The translations under genes and the position numbers were made by a program. A DNA stretch of 64,000 nt. Source: a bacterium (GTDB taxonomy: Bacteria; RBG-13-61-14; DATKZS01). The notes beneath the pieces were generated by a model. That model searched no databases and was not told where the DNA came from. It saw nothing but the letters and a program-made list of their open reading frames with translations. The stretch covers positions 384,001 to 448,000 of the forward strand of contig CAXXFL010000006.1 in assembly GCA_963674965.2 (NCBI GenBank). The letters are read 5' to 3'. Of the stretch, positions 10,307 through 19,869 are shown piece after piece (the first letter of the stretch is position 1; each line of letters opens with the position of its first letter).

Positions 10307-11743
10307 TCATTGCGGCGTCTTCCACTGGTAAGGCGCGTCTCGGAGTATTTGCTTGGAATAGTCCCGGGCGTTGGGGTTTTCCGGCTCTAGTTTCATGAAA
10401 GCGGGGTACTCGTCCAGGTCGAAGCGGTGGGTAAAGGAGCAGCCGCCCCGCAGAATGACCATTTTGGACGGGACCTCGCACTCGCCCGCCGACTCGAGTA
10501 TCCGGCTATGGGCCATCATGGGGACCCAGTCCGAGCCCTCGGGCAGGACGATCTTCTTTTTTCCTCCCGGCTCGTCGATGGGCGCCACCAGGATGGACCT
10601 TCCCAGCATGTAGTGGTTCCTTCCCCCCTTAAGCGGCCTTATCAGGGTCTCGCCCTCATCCATGGCCCGGGCCGTCTCGCTCAGGAAGTACTCCTTCAAT
10701 CCCTTGTGGAGGTGAACGTATTGGCGGTATACGGACAGGGTCTCCTCGTCAAAGGCCCAGGGCCTGTGCTCCCCTACCCCGCCGTTTTCCATGACCGAGC
10801 AGAAGGCGCCGAACTGGGCCCACCTGATAAAGGTTTCCTTTTCCGGCCCTCCTCCCCTGTACCCGCCAATATCGGAGCCAATGATCTGGTAGCCGTAGTC
10901 GGCCGAGTCGAGTATCCACCTCTGGGCTATCTTCATGCCGGAAAAGGTCGGGTCCTGGTCGCCCACCCAACTCATGTAGCTGACCTCGACGGGAGCGAAC
11001 TCGAAATAGAGCCCCAGGCCGAGAGGATTGAGGCTCGGTCTGATTTTCAAGCGGCTCTCGTTCAATATCTGCTCGAGGGGCCGGGCCATGACCACCGTGT
11101 TCCTTCCCGACCTCTCCCTGGTGTAGTTATAAAAGTCCGAATAGTAGGCGCGGGAATAGCTCTTCCTGGCCTTCCATCCCCGCAGGATGACGTAGGGGTC
11201 CACGCCGTCGCACTTCCATCCGTCTATTCCCATGTCGATGGCCTTGTTCATCCGGGCGTGGAACCACTCGAGGGCCTCGGGGTTGGCGTAGTCGATCCAT
11301 CCTCCCGGCCCTTTCCACCAGGTGACCTTTTCCATGCCCTTGACGAAGTACCCTTTTTCCAGGCACATGGAATATTCCGGGTCCTCCAGGTTGATCACGG
11401 GCGTGATCCAGAGGATGACCTTGATCCCGTTCGCGTGGAGGTCGTCGATCAGCTTTTGCGCGTCCGGGTAGCGTTCGGGATCGAACTCGAAAGTGTTATA
11501 CGCCGTCTCCCAGGGGGAATCGATGATAACCGCGTCCACCGGCATTCCCCGCTCGAGGTAGCCTTTGACCAGATCGTAGGTACCGGACGTGGTGGACTCG
11601 TCCTCCCAGACCACGTGGCCAAAAACCCAGTCGGGAAAGGGACGATCAGCGGAAGCCCCCTTTGCGGACAAGACCAGCCCAAAAAGCAAAAGCGCGGACG
11701 CCGCGGTAAGAAAAATTTGGTAAATATGGCTTTTCTCTCGCAT
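10307..11743 (-). CDS. glycoside hydrolase family 31, exported, compact
   Basis: Signal peptide, IIDSPW, FDPERYPD, WKCDG nucleophile, WVGDQ, SDIGGY, FIRWAQFGAF. Confidence 0.88.
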   Translation of the reverse strand: MREKSHIYQIFLTAASALLLFGLVLSAKGASADRPFPDWVFGHVVWEDESTTSGTYDLVKGYLERGMPVDAVIIDSPWETAYNTFEFDPERYPDAQKLIDDLHANGIKVILWITPVINLEDPEYSMCLEKGYFVKGMEKVTWWKGPGGWIDYANPEALEWFHARMNKAIDMGIDGWKCDGVDPYVILRGWKARKSYSRAYYSDFYNYTRERSGRNTVVMARPLEQILNESRLKIRPSLNPLGLGLYFEFAPVEVSYMSWVGDQDPTFSGMKIAQRWILDSADYGYQIIGSDIGGYRGGGPEKETFIRWAQFGAFCSVMENGGVGEHRPWAFDEETLSVYRQYVHLHKGLKEYFLSETARAMDEGETLIRPLKGGRNHYMLGRSILVAPIDEPGGKKKIVLPEGSDWVPMMAHSRILESAGECEVPSKMVILRGGCSFTHRFDLDEYPAFMKLEPENPNARDYSKQILRDAPYQWKTPQ

Positions 11744-11814
11744 AACCGGTCCCCCCTAAAAACAGGATTCAACTATATCACGTTGGAAAGAGGGTGGAAA
11801 ATTCCAGAGGCAGA

Positions 11815-12732
11815 TTAAATCTCGCGCTGCTCGTGATCCTCGGGAAGGCATTTATAAACGAAGGCGGGAAGGGAAAAGGCGGCTTTATGAATGCCGGGGG
11901 TGTAGTATTTGCAATCGAGGTCGCCGATGTTTTCCGTCCTGAAGTCGTTCAGGGGATGGCTGGCCATGGAGCAGTAGCAGAAGGTCCACATAAAGCCAAT
12001 ATAGGCGGGGACCACGGCCCAGTACATCCAGGCGTTGGTGAAAAGCCCGTCCAGCTTCGCGTAGAGTTCCTTCATGAAGGGGCCATGATAGAAGGGGTTT
12101 TCCGTCTGAGCCACCATGACTCCCTTTTCGCTCATGGCGTTTTTGACGTATTGGTAGAATTCCCTGGAGAAGAGTACCTCACCGGGACCGATGGGGTCGG
12201 TGCTGTCCACCAGCACCAGATCGAGGCTTCCGGGTTCCAGGCTTTTCACGTACTCGATGCCGTCCTCGAAGCGCAGGTCCACGCGGGGGTCGCTGAGGCC
12301 GCAGGTCAGTTGGGGGAAGTACTTCTCGCAAATTCTGACCACCATCTCGTCTATCTCGACCATGGTGATGGTCTCGAGTCCCTTGTGCTTGACCAGTTCC
12401 CTTACCGTTCCCCCGTCGCCGCCGCCGATCACGAGGGCGTGCCTTGCGTTCTCGAGGGTCTGCATGGGCAGGTGGGAGATCATCTCATGATAGATGAACT
12501 CGTCGCGCTCGGTGAGCATGACCAGGCCGTCAAGGGTCAGCAGCTTGCCGTGGGAATAGGTGTCGAAGACGTCGATGCGCTGGTAATCGCTTCTTTCGGA
12601 GTACAGGGTCCTTTCCACTCGGTAGCCGTAGCTGACCATTCCCTTGTACATCTCTCGATACCACACGTCGGCCGCTCCCTCCAGGGAGGGCGGTATGGTA
12701 TAGTCGAAAATCCAGCCTTTCTGGTCAGTCAT
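11815..12732 (-). CDS. speE: spermidine synthase (polyamine aminopropyltransferase)
   Basis: SDYQRI, LDG..MLTERDEFIYHEM, IGGGDGG, VEID, DSTDP; overlaps speD stop. Confidence 0.95.
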   Translation of the reverse strand: MTDQKGWIFDYTIPPSLEGAADVWYREMYKGMVSYGYRVERTLYSERSDYQRIDVFDTYSHGKLLTLDGLVMLTERDEFIYHEMISHLPMQTLENARHALVIGGGDGGTVRELVKHKGLETITMVEIDEMVVRICEKYFPQLTCGLSDPRVDLRFEDGIEYVKSLEPGSLDLVLVDSTDPIGPGEVLFSREFYQYVKNAMSEKGVMVAQTENPFYHGPFMKELYAKLDGLFTNAWMYWAVVPAYIGFMWTFCYCSMASHPLNDFRTENIGDLDCKYYTPGIHKAAFSLPAFVYKCLPEDHEQREI

Positions 12733-13157
12733 ATAAAGCCCTGACTGAACTTCTGAAGCTCCGCGTATTCCTTTGCCTCCGCCTCGGGGACCGGATATCT
12801 TTTAATAACCTCGAGGTCTCCCCGGGTAAGGACTTTAATCTCGTGATGAGTGGGATTTAAATTGTCCAGGAGGTATTGATGGCCCGCCTCGGGATCGGCC
12901 TGGGAGCCGCAGGTGAAAACCTCGACCGAGGCGTATCCATATTCGGGCCAAGTGTGAATAGCCAAGTGGGACTCGGCTAAAATAACAACGCCGCTCACGC
13001 CCTGGGGCGCGAAACGGTGAAGACAAGTTTGAACTACGGTCGCGTTTGCCGCTTTAGCCGCTTTCTCCAGCAGTGGGGCCAGATAAGCGGCGTCATCCAG
13101 CTTGGCTGGATCGCACCCATAGTATTCCGCTAGAACGTGTCTTGCCAGTCCTGCCAT
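12729..13157 (-). CDS. speD: S-adenosylmethionine decarboxylase proenzyme (class 1B)
   Basis: HRFAPQGVSGVVILAESHLAIHTWPE (E-S autocleavage site), FTCG. Confidence 0.95.
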   Translation of the reverse strand: MAGLARHVLAEYYGCDPAKLDDAAYLAPLLEKAAKAANATVVQTCLHRFAPQGVSGVVILAESHLAIHTWPEYGYASVEVFTCGSQADPEAGHQYLLDNLNPTHHEIKVLTRGDLEVIKRYPVPEAEAKEYAELQKFSQGFI

Positions 13158-13187
13158 TTCTCACATCCCTTCCCCTTCAGGTTTTTT

Positions 13188-13276
13188 TGCGCTGGAAAGG
13201 ATCTTGCTCTCCAATGGGGCAAAGCAGTCCTCCAGCGCATGAATCCTTATTTTAGTTATTTGGTTCCCATTGTCAA
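13188..13276 (-). promoter_or_regulatory. sigma70-type promoter plus 5'UTR stem-loop of speD-speE
   Basis: TTGACA (13276-13271), 16-nt spacer, TAAAAT (13254-13249); hairpin TGCGCTGGA...TCCAGCGCA at 13188-13239. Confidence 0.65.
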
Positions 13277-13401
13277 GCCCCTTATGGCCATGAATGACTA
13301 AACCATATAAATATTCTTTTTTTTCAAGATGATATGGAAACTAAGACGGACTTGGGATAGAAAAAGGTTAGGCTGAAGTTAACAAAAAGTGAAAATAGAG
13401 A

Positions 13402-13586
13402 AAGCCTCTTGAAAAACCCCCGCTTTGGAGTGCGGCGGCTCGACGCCGCTTTTTTCCCGAGCGGCTTGACGCGAGGCTCTCCGTTGTATTTTCAGGCCTT
13501 GTCAAGCCAAGGCCATCGAAAGCGGTCTCAAGCGACCGACTCTCAAAGCGGCTATGCCGCCAAGAAAAGGACTTATCAAGAAGCAC
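13402..13586. repeat. ~185-bp REP-doublet MITE, copy A (inverted relative to B and C)
   Basis: Aligns end to end with 17684-17869 and 46454-48089; core GGAGTGCGGCGGCTCGACGCCGCTTT; imperfect terminal IRs. Confidence 0.9.
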
Positions 13587-13629
13587 ATAGAAAGTAAAGC
13601 GGAACTGCATGGTTGGCATAAGGCCCCGG

Positions 13630-15312
13630 TCATTTCTTCCGCTTGAAAAATCCCCCCTTTTTGGATTGGGAGTCGGCCTTTTCCTTTTGTCTCCAGATTA
13701 TCTGCAGTTCCCGCTTGACGTCCACGTCGTGAGGCTTCATGTCAGCGGCCTTGGCGAAGTTCTTCTCCGCCTCGTCCAGACGGCCGTCGTTTTTGAAAAT
13801 AACGCCGAGGAAATAATAGGCGTCGGCCAGTTTCGGGTTCTTTTCCATGGCCTTCTGGATCGTGTTCTTGGCCTTCATGGCGGACGGATGTCCTTCAAGC
13901 CTGTAGTCGGCCCAGGCCAGATACATCTGGTACTCGATTTCCTCGGGCATCAATTTAACCGATCTTTCAAGCAGTTCCTTGGCCGCTTTCCAGTTCTTCG
14001 AGCGCAGCATGGCCTCGGCCCGCTGGAACTCGACTTCAGCCTCGATGGCGCGGGAGGCCTTCTCCATGTCGGCCTTGCTGACGTTGGCGTCAAGGTCCTT
14101 GACGTACTGAGCCTTGGCCCGGTCGTCGCTGAGGACCTTGTAAGCCTCGCTCACCATTGTAAATAAATCCTCCACCTCATCCTTGACCTTGCCCTTGTAA
14201 AGGTCCGGACGGGCGTCGGGATGGAATTTCTTGGCGAACTTGAAGTATATCTGTTTGATTTTCGAGGCCGAAGAATTACGCTCCACTCCCAAAAGGTCGA
14301 AAAAGTTCTTTTTCGAGTCCTTTCCCATTTCGAGCATGGAACTGATTTGTTTCAATATCTCGTCGTTTGAGAGGTCCTTGTCAAGGACGTCCTCGATGGG
14401 GAGCTTGGTATCGTCTTTCTTGCGCGCGCCCTCAGCCTTGGCGGCGTCTTTCGGTTTCGATTCCTTGGTGTCCGTGTCCTTCTTTTCGATCACGGGTTTG
14501 GGAGGAGGAGCGGCCTTGGGCTCGTGGGCCCTGGGACCGGGGAAATTGTTTTCTCCCTCGGGAAGCATTAAAAGGTCGGCGAAAAAGAAAGCCAATAAAA
14601 GCGCCTCGGCGTCGTCCTTGCCCAGGGGCGAGGTCTTGACAAGGTTGGCGAAGCTGAATTTCTCCGGAGCCTCTCCAAGCCATTTCATGGTCTTGGCCGA
14701 GCAGCCGAAGGCGCCGAGAGAGTCCTCAAGCCCGGGAGCGGCGGAAAAAGTTTTCCGCTCGATATCGGGATATTCCTTCTTGACGCGGGCGGCCGGATAA
14801 TGCTCCCTTACCCCCTCCAAAAGCAGCTGGCCGGGAGCGATGGGAATAAGGGCGTGCTTTTCCATCAGCGACTCGGGGTCCTGGTCCTTGAACTCGTAAA
14901 ATCCCTTGATAAGGGCGAACAGGTTCTTGATCTTCAACCCTACCTGTCGGGTGACCAGATCGGGAAGCTCGGAGGGGCTGACGACCGCGCCGGTCATGAT
15001 CTTTTGCTCGATCTTTCCGTAATCTCCGCCCGCCTCGGCTTTTAGTTCCTCGTTTTCTTTGGGCGTTATTTTTCCGAGTGAAACCAGAATCTCGCCAAGG
15101 GTCTCATGGACCGATCCGCCCTGCACCGCGAAGGCGTCTCCGCCGCTGATGATAACGCGCTTCAATATCTTACCGCCCTCGGCCCTGGATTTGTCGCGCA
15201 CGTCCAGAAACCCCGAGCGACGGTCAAGGCATATCGAGTAGAAAACCCGGGCAAAGGGTATGTCCCTTAAATCTCCCGAGTCGGGAATTATTTCACTTAC
15301 TTCGGCGGCCAA
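13630..15312 (-). CDS. DUF4388-like + DnaJ (J-domain) + TPR protein
   Basis: FFDLLGV...AKKFHPD J-domain, C-terminal TPRs (ADAYYFLGVIF), ETLGEILV N-terminal domain. TTG 15312 follows GAGGACAGGA (ORF opens at 15408). Confidence 0.8.
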   Translation of the reverse strand: MAAEVSEIIPDSGDLRDIPFARVFYSICLDRRSGFLDVRDKSRAEGGKILKRVIISGGDAFAVQGGSVHETLGEILVSLGKITPKENEELKAEAGGDYGKIEQKIMTGAVVSPSELPDLVTRQVGLKIKNLFALIKGFYEFKDQDPESLMEKHALIPIAPGQLLLEGVREHYPAARVKKEYPDIERKTFSAAPGLEDSLGAFGCSAKTMKWLGEAPEKFSFANLVKTSPLGKDDAEALLLAFFFADLLMLPEGENNFPGPRAHEPKAAPPPKPVIEKKDTDTKESKPKDAAKAEGARKKDDTKLPIEDVLDKDLSNDEILKQISSMLEMGKDSKKNFFDLLGVERNSSASKIKQIYFKFAKKFHPDARPDLYKGKVKDEVEDLFTMVSEAYKVLSDDRAKAQYVKDLDANVSKADMEKASRAIEAEVEFQRAEAMLRSKNWKAAKELLERSVKLMPEEIEYQMYLAWADYRLEGHPSAMKAKNTIQKAMEKNPKLADAYYFLGVIFKNDGRLDEAEKNFAKAADMKPHDVDVKRELQIIWRQKEKADSQSKKGGFFKRKK

Positions 15313-15550
15313 GTCTATCCTGTCCTCGCCGACTATAATGCCAAATATAACCTGGAAAATCAATACGATCCGACGCCACGCGGTTTGGCGTTCAAAGGAA
15401 CGCCGCAAATTTGCGCTCCCGGAGAGGGGAAGCGGGGCCCTTTCCGATTACTGAACAAAAGATGAGACCGCGGGAAATCCGGCTCACTGGCTCCGCCCTT
15501 GCCGATCATGATAAAATATCCGGAGGTTTCGATCAGCGGGACTGATTCGC

Positions 15551-17638
15551 ATGAAGAAAAAAGATCGCCCACAAACAAAAGACGCGAAAGGGGGCCGGAA
15601 AAAGGCGCCGGAGAAAAGTCCCCCCCGCGTCAGGGTAAAGGAGGGCTATATCCTGGCGGTGATTTTCCTGCTCGCCTTTTCAGTCCGACTCGCTTGCCTT
15701 ATTCAATTCGACCGAGCGCCCAATTTCGACAATCCCATCGGCGATTCCAACGAGTATTATCAGAGGAGTCTTGCCATCCTTGAGGGAGATATCATCGGCC
15801 AGGAGATATATTTTCACTCTTCACCGCCCTACCCTTATTTCATGGCCCTGATTTTCGCCATTTCCGGCGGGAGCTTTTTCGTCTTAAGGCTCGTCCAGAT
15901 ACTTATCGGCTCGGCCAATTGCGTCCTCATCTGCCTTTTGACCAAACGGCTCGCGCCCTCGAGCCGGGCCGCTCCGGCGCTGGCCGGGATATTAGCGGCC
16001 CTTTACGGCGTGCTGGCCTTTTTCGACCTCGATCTTCTGATGATATTCATGACCCTCTTCCTGGTTGACGCCTGTCTCCTTCTGCTCATCAGGGCGCGGG
16101 AAAGCGGCGGCCCGGCCACGACTTTCCTGGCGGGCGCCCTACTCGGCCTCGCCGCGCTGGACAAGACCAACCTCCTTGTGTTCGCGCCCCTCGCGGCCTG
16201 GTACCTGGCGGGGGATTTCTCGCTCAACTTCATGCAATGGAAATGGTCCCGAGGTTTCATCCTGGCCGCGGGCGTGGTCCTCATGATTCTTCCCGTTACC
16301 ATTCGGAATTACGCCGTGGGAGACGATTTCGTGCTCGTTTCCTCCAACGCCGGCGTGAACCTCTTCATCGGCAACAACCATGAAGGCAGGGGCATCTTCC
16401 TCTTGCCCCCAAGCTCGGGGCTGCGCAATACCGACCTGCCCGGGACCTCGATCGAGGTGGCGGAGAAGGCCCTGGGAAGGTCGCTCAAACCCTCGGAGGT
16501 ATCCGGCTTCTGGGCCGAAAAGGCTTGGGAATTCATCCTCCGAAATCCCCTCGAGGCGTTAAAACTGATTGGCCTGAAGGCGGTGCTCCTTCTCGGTTCC
16601 TTCGAGATTCCGAACCACCTCAACTTCTACTTCATGCGGCAGGATTACGTCGGCGCCTATAAATTTCTGCCCGCGGGATTCTGGCTGGTGGTCCCCCTTG
16701 GACTGGTGGGTATCTTCTGGCGCCGCCAAACCGGATTTACCGGACCCGACCGGCTCCTTGCCGGATTCCTTGTCGCCTATACCATCTCGATCCTTCCCTT
16801 CTTCATCACCTCCCGGTACCGACTGCCCATGATACCGGTCCTGATCGTCTTCGCCTCGGCGGCCCTGGTTGACTGGATATCCAGGGCCCGAGAACTGGGT
16901 CCGAGAAAATTGGCCCCCTGGGCCTTGGCCCTTATCCTCGTCTTCGCCTTTGTCAACCGCCCACAAACCAGCTTCAGCTACGGCTTCAACCGCGTGGTCA
17001 TGGCCAACAAGTACCTGGAACGCTCGCTCAAGGACAAGGACGGCGACCAGGGACGGATGGACGCGGTCAGGGCCATTGTCGAGTTCAAGCGGGCCCTCGA
17101 GACCGACCCCTTGTCCACCGACGCGCATTACAACCTGGGCCGGGCCTACGAGATGGTGGGTTTCTACTCGGGCGCGGCCCGGGAGTGGGAGGAAACCCTG
17201 AAGATAGACCCGGGCATCGAGTTCGCGGCCGGCGCCATCGAAAGCGTGAGGCCCAAGCTGGCCTCGGGAGGCGACAGAATCCCCGCCGACGCAATCCCCA
17301 AAACGCCCTACGAGACAGCGGTGATCGAGGAATCGAGGGGGAACGGGGCCCTGGCGCTCGATATGTACGGAAGGATCATTCGGGACGACCCTTACCACTT
17401 CATGGCCATGAACAACATGGCCTACCATTACTATCAAAGGGGCGACCTGAAAAAGGCCGTCAAGTACTTTGAAAAGGGACTTGCGATAAAGCCCGACCAT
17501 TTCTTCATGCTCAACAACCTGGCCGGGGCCTACTACAAACTGGGTGAAAAGGAAAAGGCAGAGGAGCTATGGCAAAAATGCCTCGCCATCCAGCCGGACA
17601 GCGAGTTGATCCTGAATCAACTCAAGATGGTATTGTAA
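15551..17638 (+). CDS. GT-C (GT39-like) membrane glycosyltransferase with C-terminal TPRs
   Basis: GDSNEYY, PPYPYF, VTIRNY, GVNLFIGNN, SRYRLP, TPR motifs (AHYNLGRAY, NNLAGAYY). Confidence 0.8.
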   Translation: MKKKDRPQTKDAKGGRKKAPEKSPPRVRVKEGYILAVIFLLAFSVRLACLIQFDRAPNFDNPIGDSNEYYQRSLAILEGDIIGQEIYFHSSPPYPYFMALIFAISGGSFFVLRLVQILIGSANCVLICLLTKRLAPSSRAAPALAGILAALYGVLAFFDLDLLMIFMTLFLVDACLLLLIRARESGGPATTFLAGALLGLAALDKTNLLVFAPLAAWYLAGDFSLNFMQWKWSRGFILAAGVVLMILPVTIRNYAVGDDFVLVSSNAGVNLFIGNNHEGRGIFLLPPSSGLRNTDLPGTSIEVAEKALGRSLKPSEVSGFWAEKAWEFILRNPLEALKLIGLKAVLLLGSFEIPNHLNFYFMRQDYVGAYKFLPAGFWLVVPLGLVGIFWRRQTGFTGPDRLLAGFLVAYTISILPFFITSRYRLPMIPVLIVFASAALVDWISRARELGPRKLAPWALALILVFAFVNRPQTSFSYGFNRVVMANKYLERSLKDKDGDQGRMDAVRAIVEFKRALETDPLSTDAHYNLGRAYEMVGFYSGAAREWEETLKIDPGIEFAAGAIESVRPKLASGGDRIPADAIPKTPYETAVIEESRGNGALALDMYGRIIRDDPYHFMAMNNMAYHYYQRGDLKKAVKYFEKGLAIKPDHFFMLNNLAGAYYKLGEKEKAEELWQKCLAIQPDSELILNQLKMVL

Positions 17639-17683
17639 GAATAAACGCCCGCCATCTAGCGTAAGATGACGCTTTTGTCACTC

Positions 17684-17869
17684 AAGCTTCATGCAATATT
17701 CTTTTTCTTGGCGTCATAGCCGCTTTGGAGCGCGATCGCTTGAGACCGCTTTCGATGGTCTTGGCTTGACAAGGCCTAGCAAGAAAACGGCTTGCCTCGC
17801 GTCAAGCCGCTCGGAAGAAAAGCGGCGTCGAGCCGCCGCACTCCAAAGCGGGATCGTTGCATGAGGCTC
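17684..17869. repeat. ~185-bp REP-doublet MITE, copy B
   Basis: Same sequence family as copies A and C; ends AAGCTTCATGCAA / TTGCATGAGGCTC; lies between convergent genes. Confidence 0.9.
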
Positions 17870-17870
17870 G

Positions 17871-18074
17871 TTATTCTTCCTTGTCCTTTTCGAAAAGACT
17901 CGAGTAGAAAAGAAGGAACAGCACCAGGTCCACGGCCAACAAGGCCAGGAACCCGATCGAGGCGGGAACCATAATGCCGTCGGTCATGGCCGAGGCGAGA
18001 AAGAATACGCCTATGCCCGCCGCGGCCCCGGCCAGCCCCATCAGCGCCACCTTGCCCAGCCATCCCTTGGCCAT
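17871..18074 (-). CDS. small two-TM membrane protein
   Basis: 67 aa, two hydrophobic helices, starts 2 nt after the kdsD stop. Confidence 0.6.
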   Translation of the reverse strand: MAKGWLGKVALMGLAGAAAGIGVFFLASAMTDGIMVPASIGFLALLAVDLVLFLLFYSSLFEKDKEE

Positions 18075-18076
18075 GA

Positions 18077-19039
18077 TTACACTACTCCCGCCTTGAGAAG
18101 GTCGTGAAGATGGATGATGCCCACCGGCTTTTTGCCGCCGGCGTCCTCAAGCACGGGCAGGGCCGTGATCGAGTGCTTCTCCATCAACTGGAGCGCCTTG
18201 GCCGCCAGGTTGTCGGGCAGGATGAACTTGGGGTTTGCCGTCATGATATCGCCCGCTCGCTTCTTGTGTATTTGCTCGTCCCTCGAGATGGACCGGCGAA
18301 GGTCGCCGTCCGATACGATCCCCTTCAGCTCGCCGCCGTCCACCACCATGGCGTGCCCCAGCATCTTCGAGTTCATCTCGCAGATAAGCTCGTTAAACGT
18401 GGCTTGGGACGAAACCGCGGGCGCCTCGTCTCCGGTCCTCATCAGGTCCGAGACGCGGTAGAGGAGCTTCTTGCCCAGGGACCCCGCCGGATGACGCAGG
18501 GCGAAGTCGTCGGCCGTGAAGCCGCGCCTCTCGAGAAGAGCGACGGCCAACGCGTCGCCCATGGCCAGGGCCGCCGTGGTGCTGGCCGTGGGAGCGAGCT
18601 TTAGGGGACAGGCCTCCTCCTTGACGCTCACGTCGATCACGGCGTCGCAAGAGCGGGCCAGAGAGGAATCCCTTTTCCCAAGAAGCCCGATGATGGGAAG
18701 ACCAAGCCGTTTCAGCACGGGCACGATGGCCAGAAGCTCCTCCGTCTCCCCGCTGTTCGACACCACCAGGGCCGCGTCGTTCTTGTCGATCATGCCCACG
18801 TCGCCGTGGACACCCTCCGCCGGATGCACGAAAAAGGCGGGAGTGCCGGTGCTGGCCAGGGTCGCGGCTATCTTGCGGCAGACGTGACCCGACTTGCCTA
18901 TGCCCGCGACTATGACCTTGCCCTTGCACGCCATTACAATATCGATGGCCAGAAGGAAATCGTCTCCGATCCGGCCCGCCATCTCCAGGATGGCCTCGGC
19001 CTCTATCTCGAGCACTCTCTTGCCGGTTTCGACGCTCAT
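18077..19039 (-). CDS. kdsD: arabinose-5-phosphate isomerase (KpsF/GutQ; SIS + 2 CBS)
   Basis: [39 protein letters not shown] 19039 overlaps kdsA stop (ATGA). Confidence 0.95.
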   Translation of the reverse strand: MSVETGKRVLEIEAEAILEMAGRIGDDFLLAIDIVMACKGKVIVAGIGKSGHVCRKIAATLASTGTPAFFVHPAEGVHGDVGMIDKNDAALVVSNSGETEELLAIVPVLKRLGLPIIGLLGKRDSSLARSCDAVIDVSVKEEACPLKLAPTASTTAALAMGDALAVALLERRGFTADDFALRHPAGSLGKKLLYRVSDLMRTGDEAPAVSSQATFNELICEMNSKMLGHAMVVDGGELKGIVSDGDLRRSISRDEQIHKKRAGDIMTANPKFILPDNLAAKALQLMEKHSITALPVLEDAGGKKPVGIIHLHDLLKAGVV

Positions 19040-19869
19040 CTTGCCTTGACCTCCCCGTCCAGCCTCATAAGAAGCGAGACGAGCGGCTCGACCTCCCCGA
19101 GGGGAAGGGAGTTGGGGCCGTCGCAAAGGGCGCACTCGGGATTGGGGTGGACCTCCATGAATACGGCGTCCACCCCCGCCGCCGCCGCCGCCCGGGCGAG
19201 GACCGGAACGAACTGACGCTCACCGCCCGACGAGGTCCCCCTCGCCGAGGGAAGCTGGACCGAGTGGGTGGCGTCGAATATCACCGGATATCCCATATCC
19301 CGAATGATGGCCAACGAGCGCATGTCCACCACCAGGTTGTTGTAACCGAAACTGACGCCGCGCTCGGTTATTATTACGCCGCCCTCACCGGCGCTCTCGA
19401 CTTTCCTCGCCGCCTCGGCCATGCCCGCCGGGGCCATGAACTGACCCTTCTTCACGTTGACCGGCTTGCCCGAGCGGCCCGCCTCCACCAAAAGGTCCGT
19501 CTGCCGGCAAAGAAAAGCCGGAATCTGAAGAACGTCCAGGGTCCGGGCCGCCGCTTCCACCTGCCCGGGCGCGTGAACGTCCGAGAGAACGGGCACGCCG
19601 AACTCCTCCCTGATCCGGGCCAGGATCGCCAGTCCCTCCTCCAGGCCGGGACCGCGGAAGGAATCCACGCTCGAGCGGTTGGCCTTGTCGAAGCTGGCCT
19701 TGAATATCCAGGGCAAGCCCAGCCGGTCCGTTATCTCGCGCAAAGTCCCGGCTACCCGGCGCGCAAGCTCCTCGCTCTCGATCACGCAGGGGCCGGCGAT
19801 GAGGGCCAAGGGCGCGTCGCCCCCGATGGCAATGGGACCGACTTGAACCGGGTTCGTCCGGGGAATCAT
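19036..19869 (-). CDS. kdsA: KDO-8-phosphate synthase
   Basis: [49 protein letters not shown]. Confidence 0.97.
   Translation of the reverse strand: MIPRTNPVQVGPIAIGGDAPLALIAGPCVIESEELARRVAGTLREITDRLGLPWIFKASFDKANRSSVDSFRGPGLEEGLAILARIREEFGVPVLSDVHAPGQVEAAARTLDVLQIPAFLCRQTDLLVEAGRSGKPVNVKKGQFMAPAGMAEAARKVESAGEGGVIITERGVSFGYNNLVVDMRSLAIIRDMGYPVIFDATHSVQLPSARGTSSGGERQFVPVLARAAAAAGVDAVFMEVHPNPECALCDGPNSLPLGEVEPLVSLLMRLDGEVKAR

Noticed and set aside
13368-13619. Short ORFs with RRRAAALQ or FGVRRLDAAF (also near 17776-18063 and 46390-46823)
   Set aside because: They are translations of the REP/MITE repeat, not genes.
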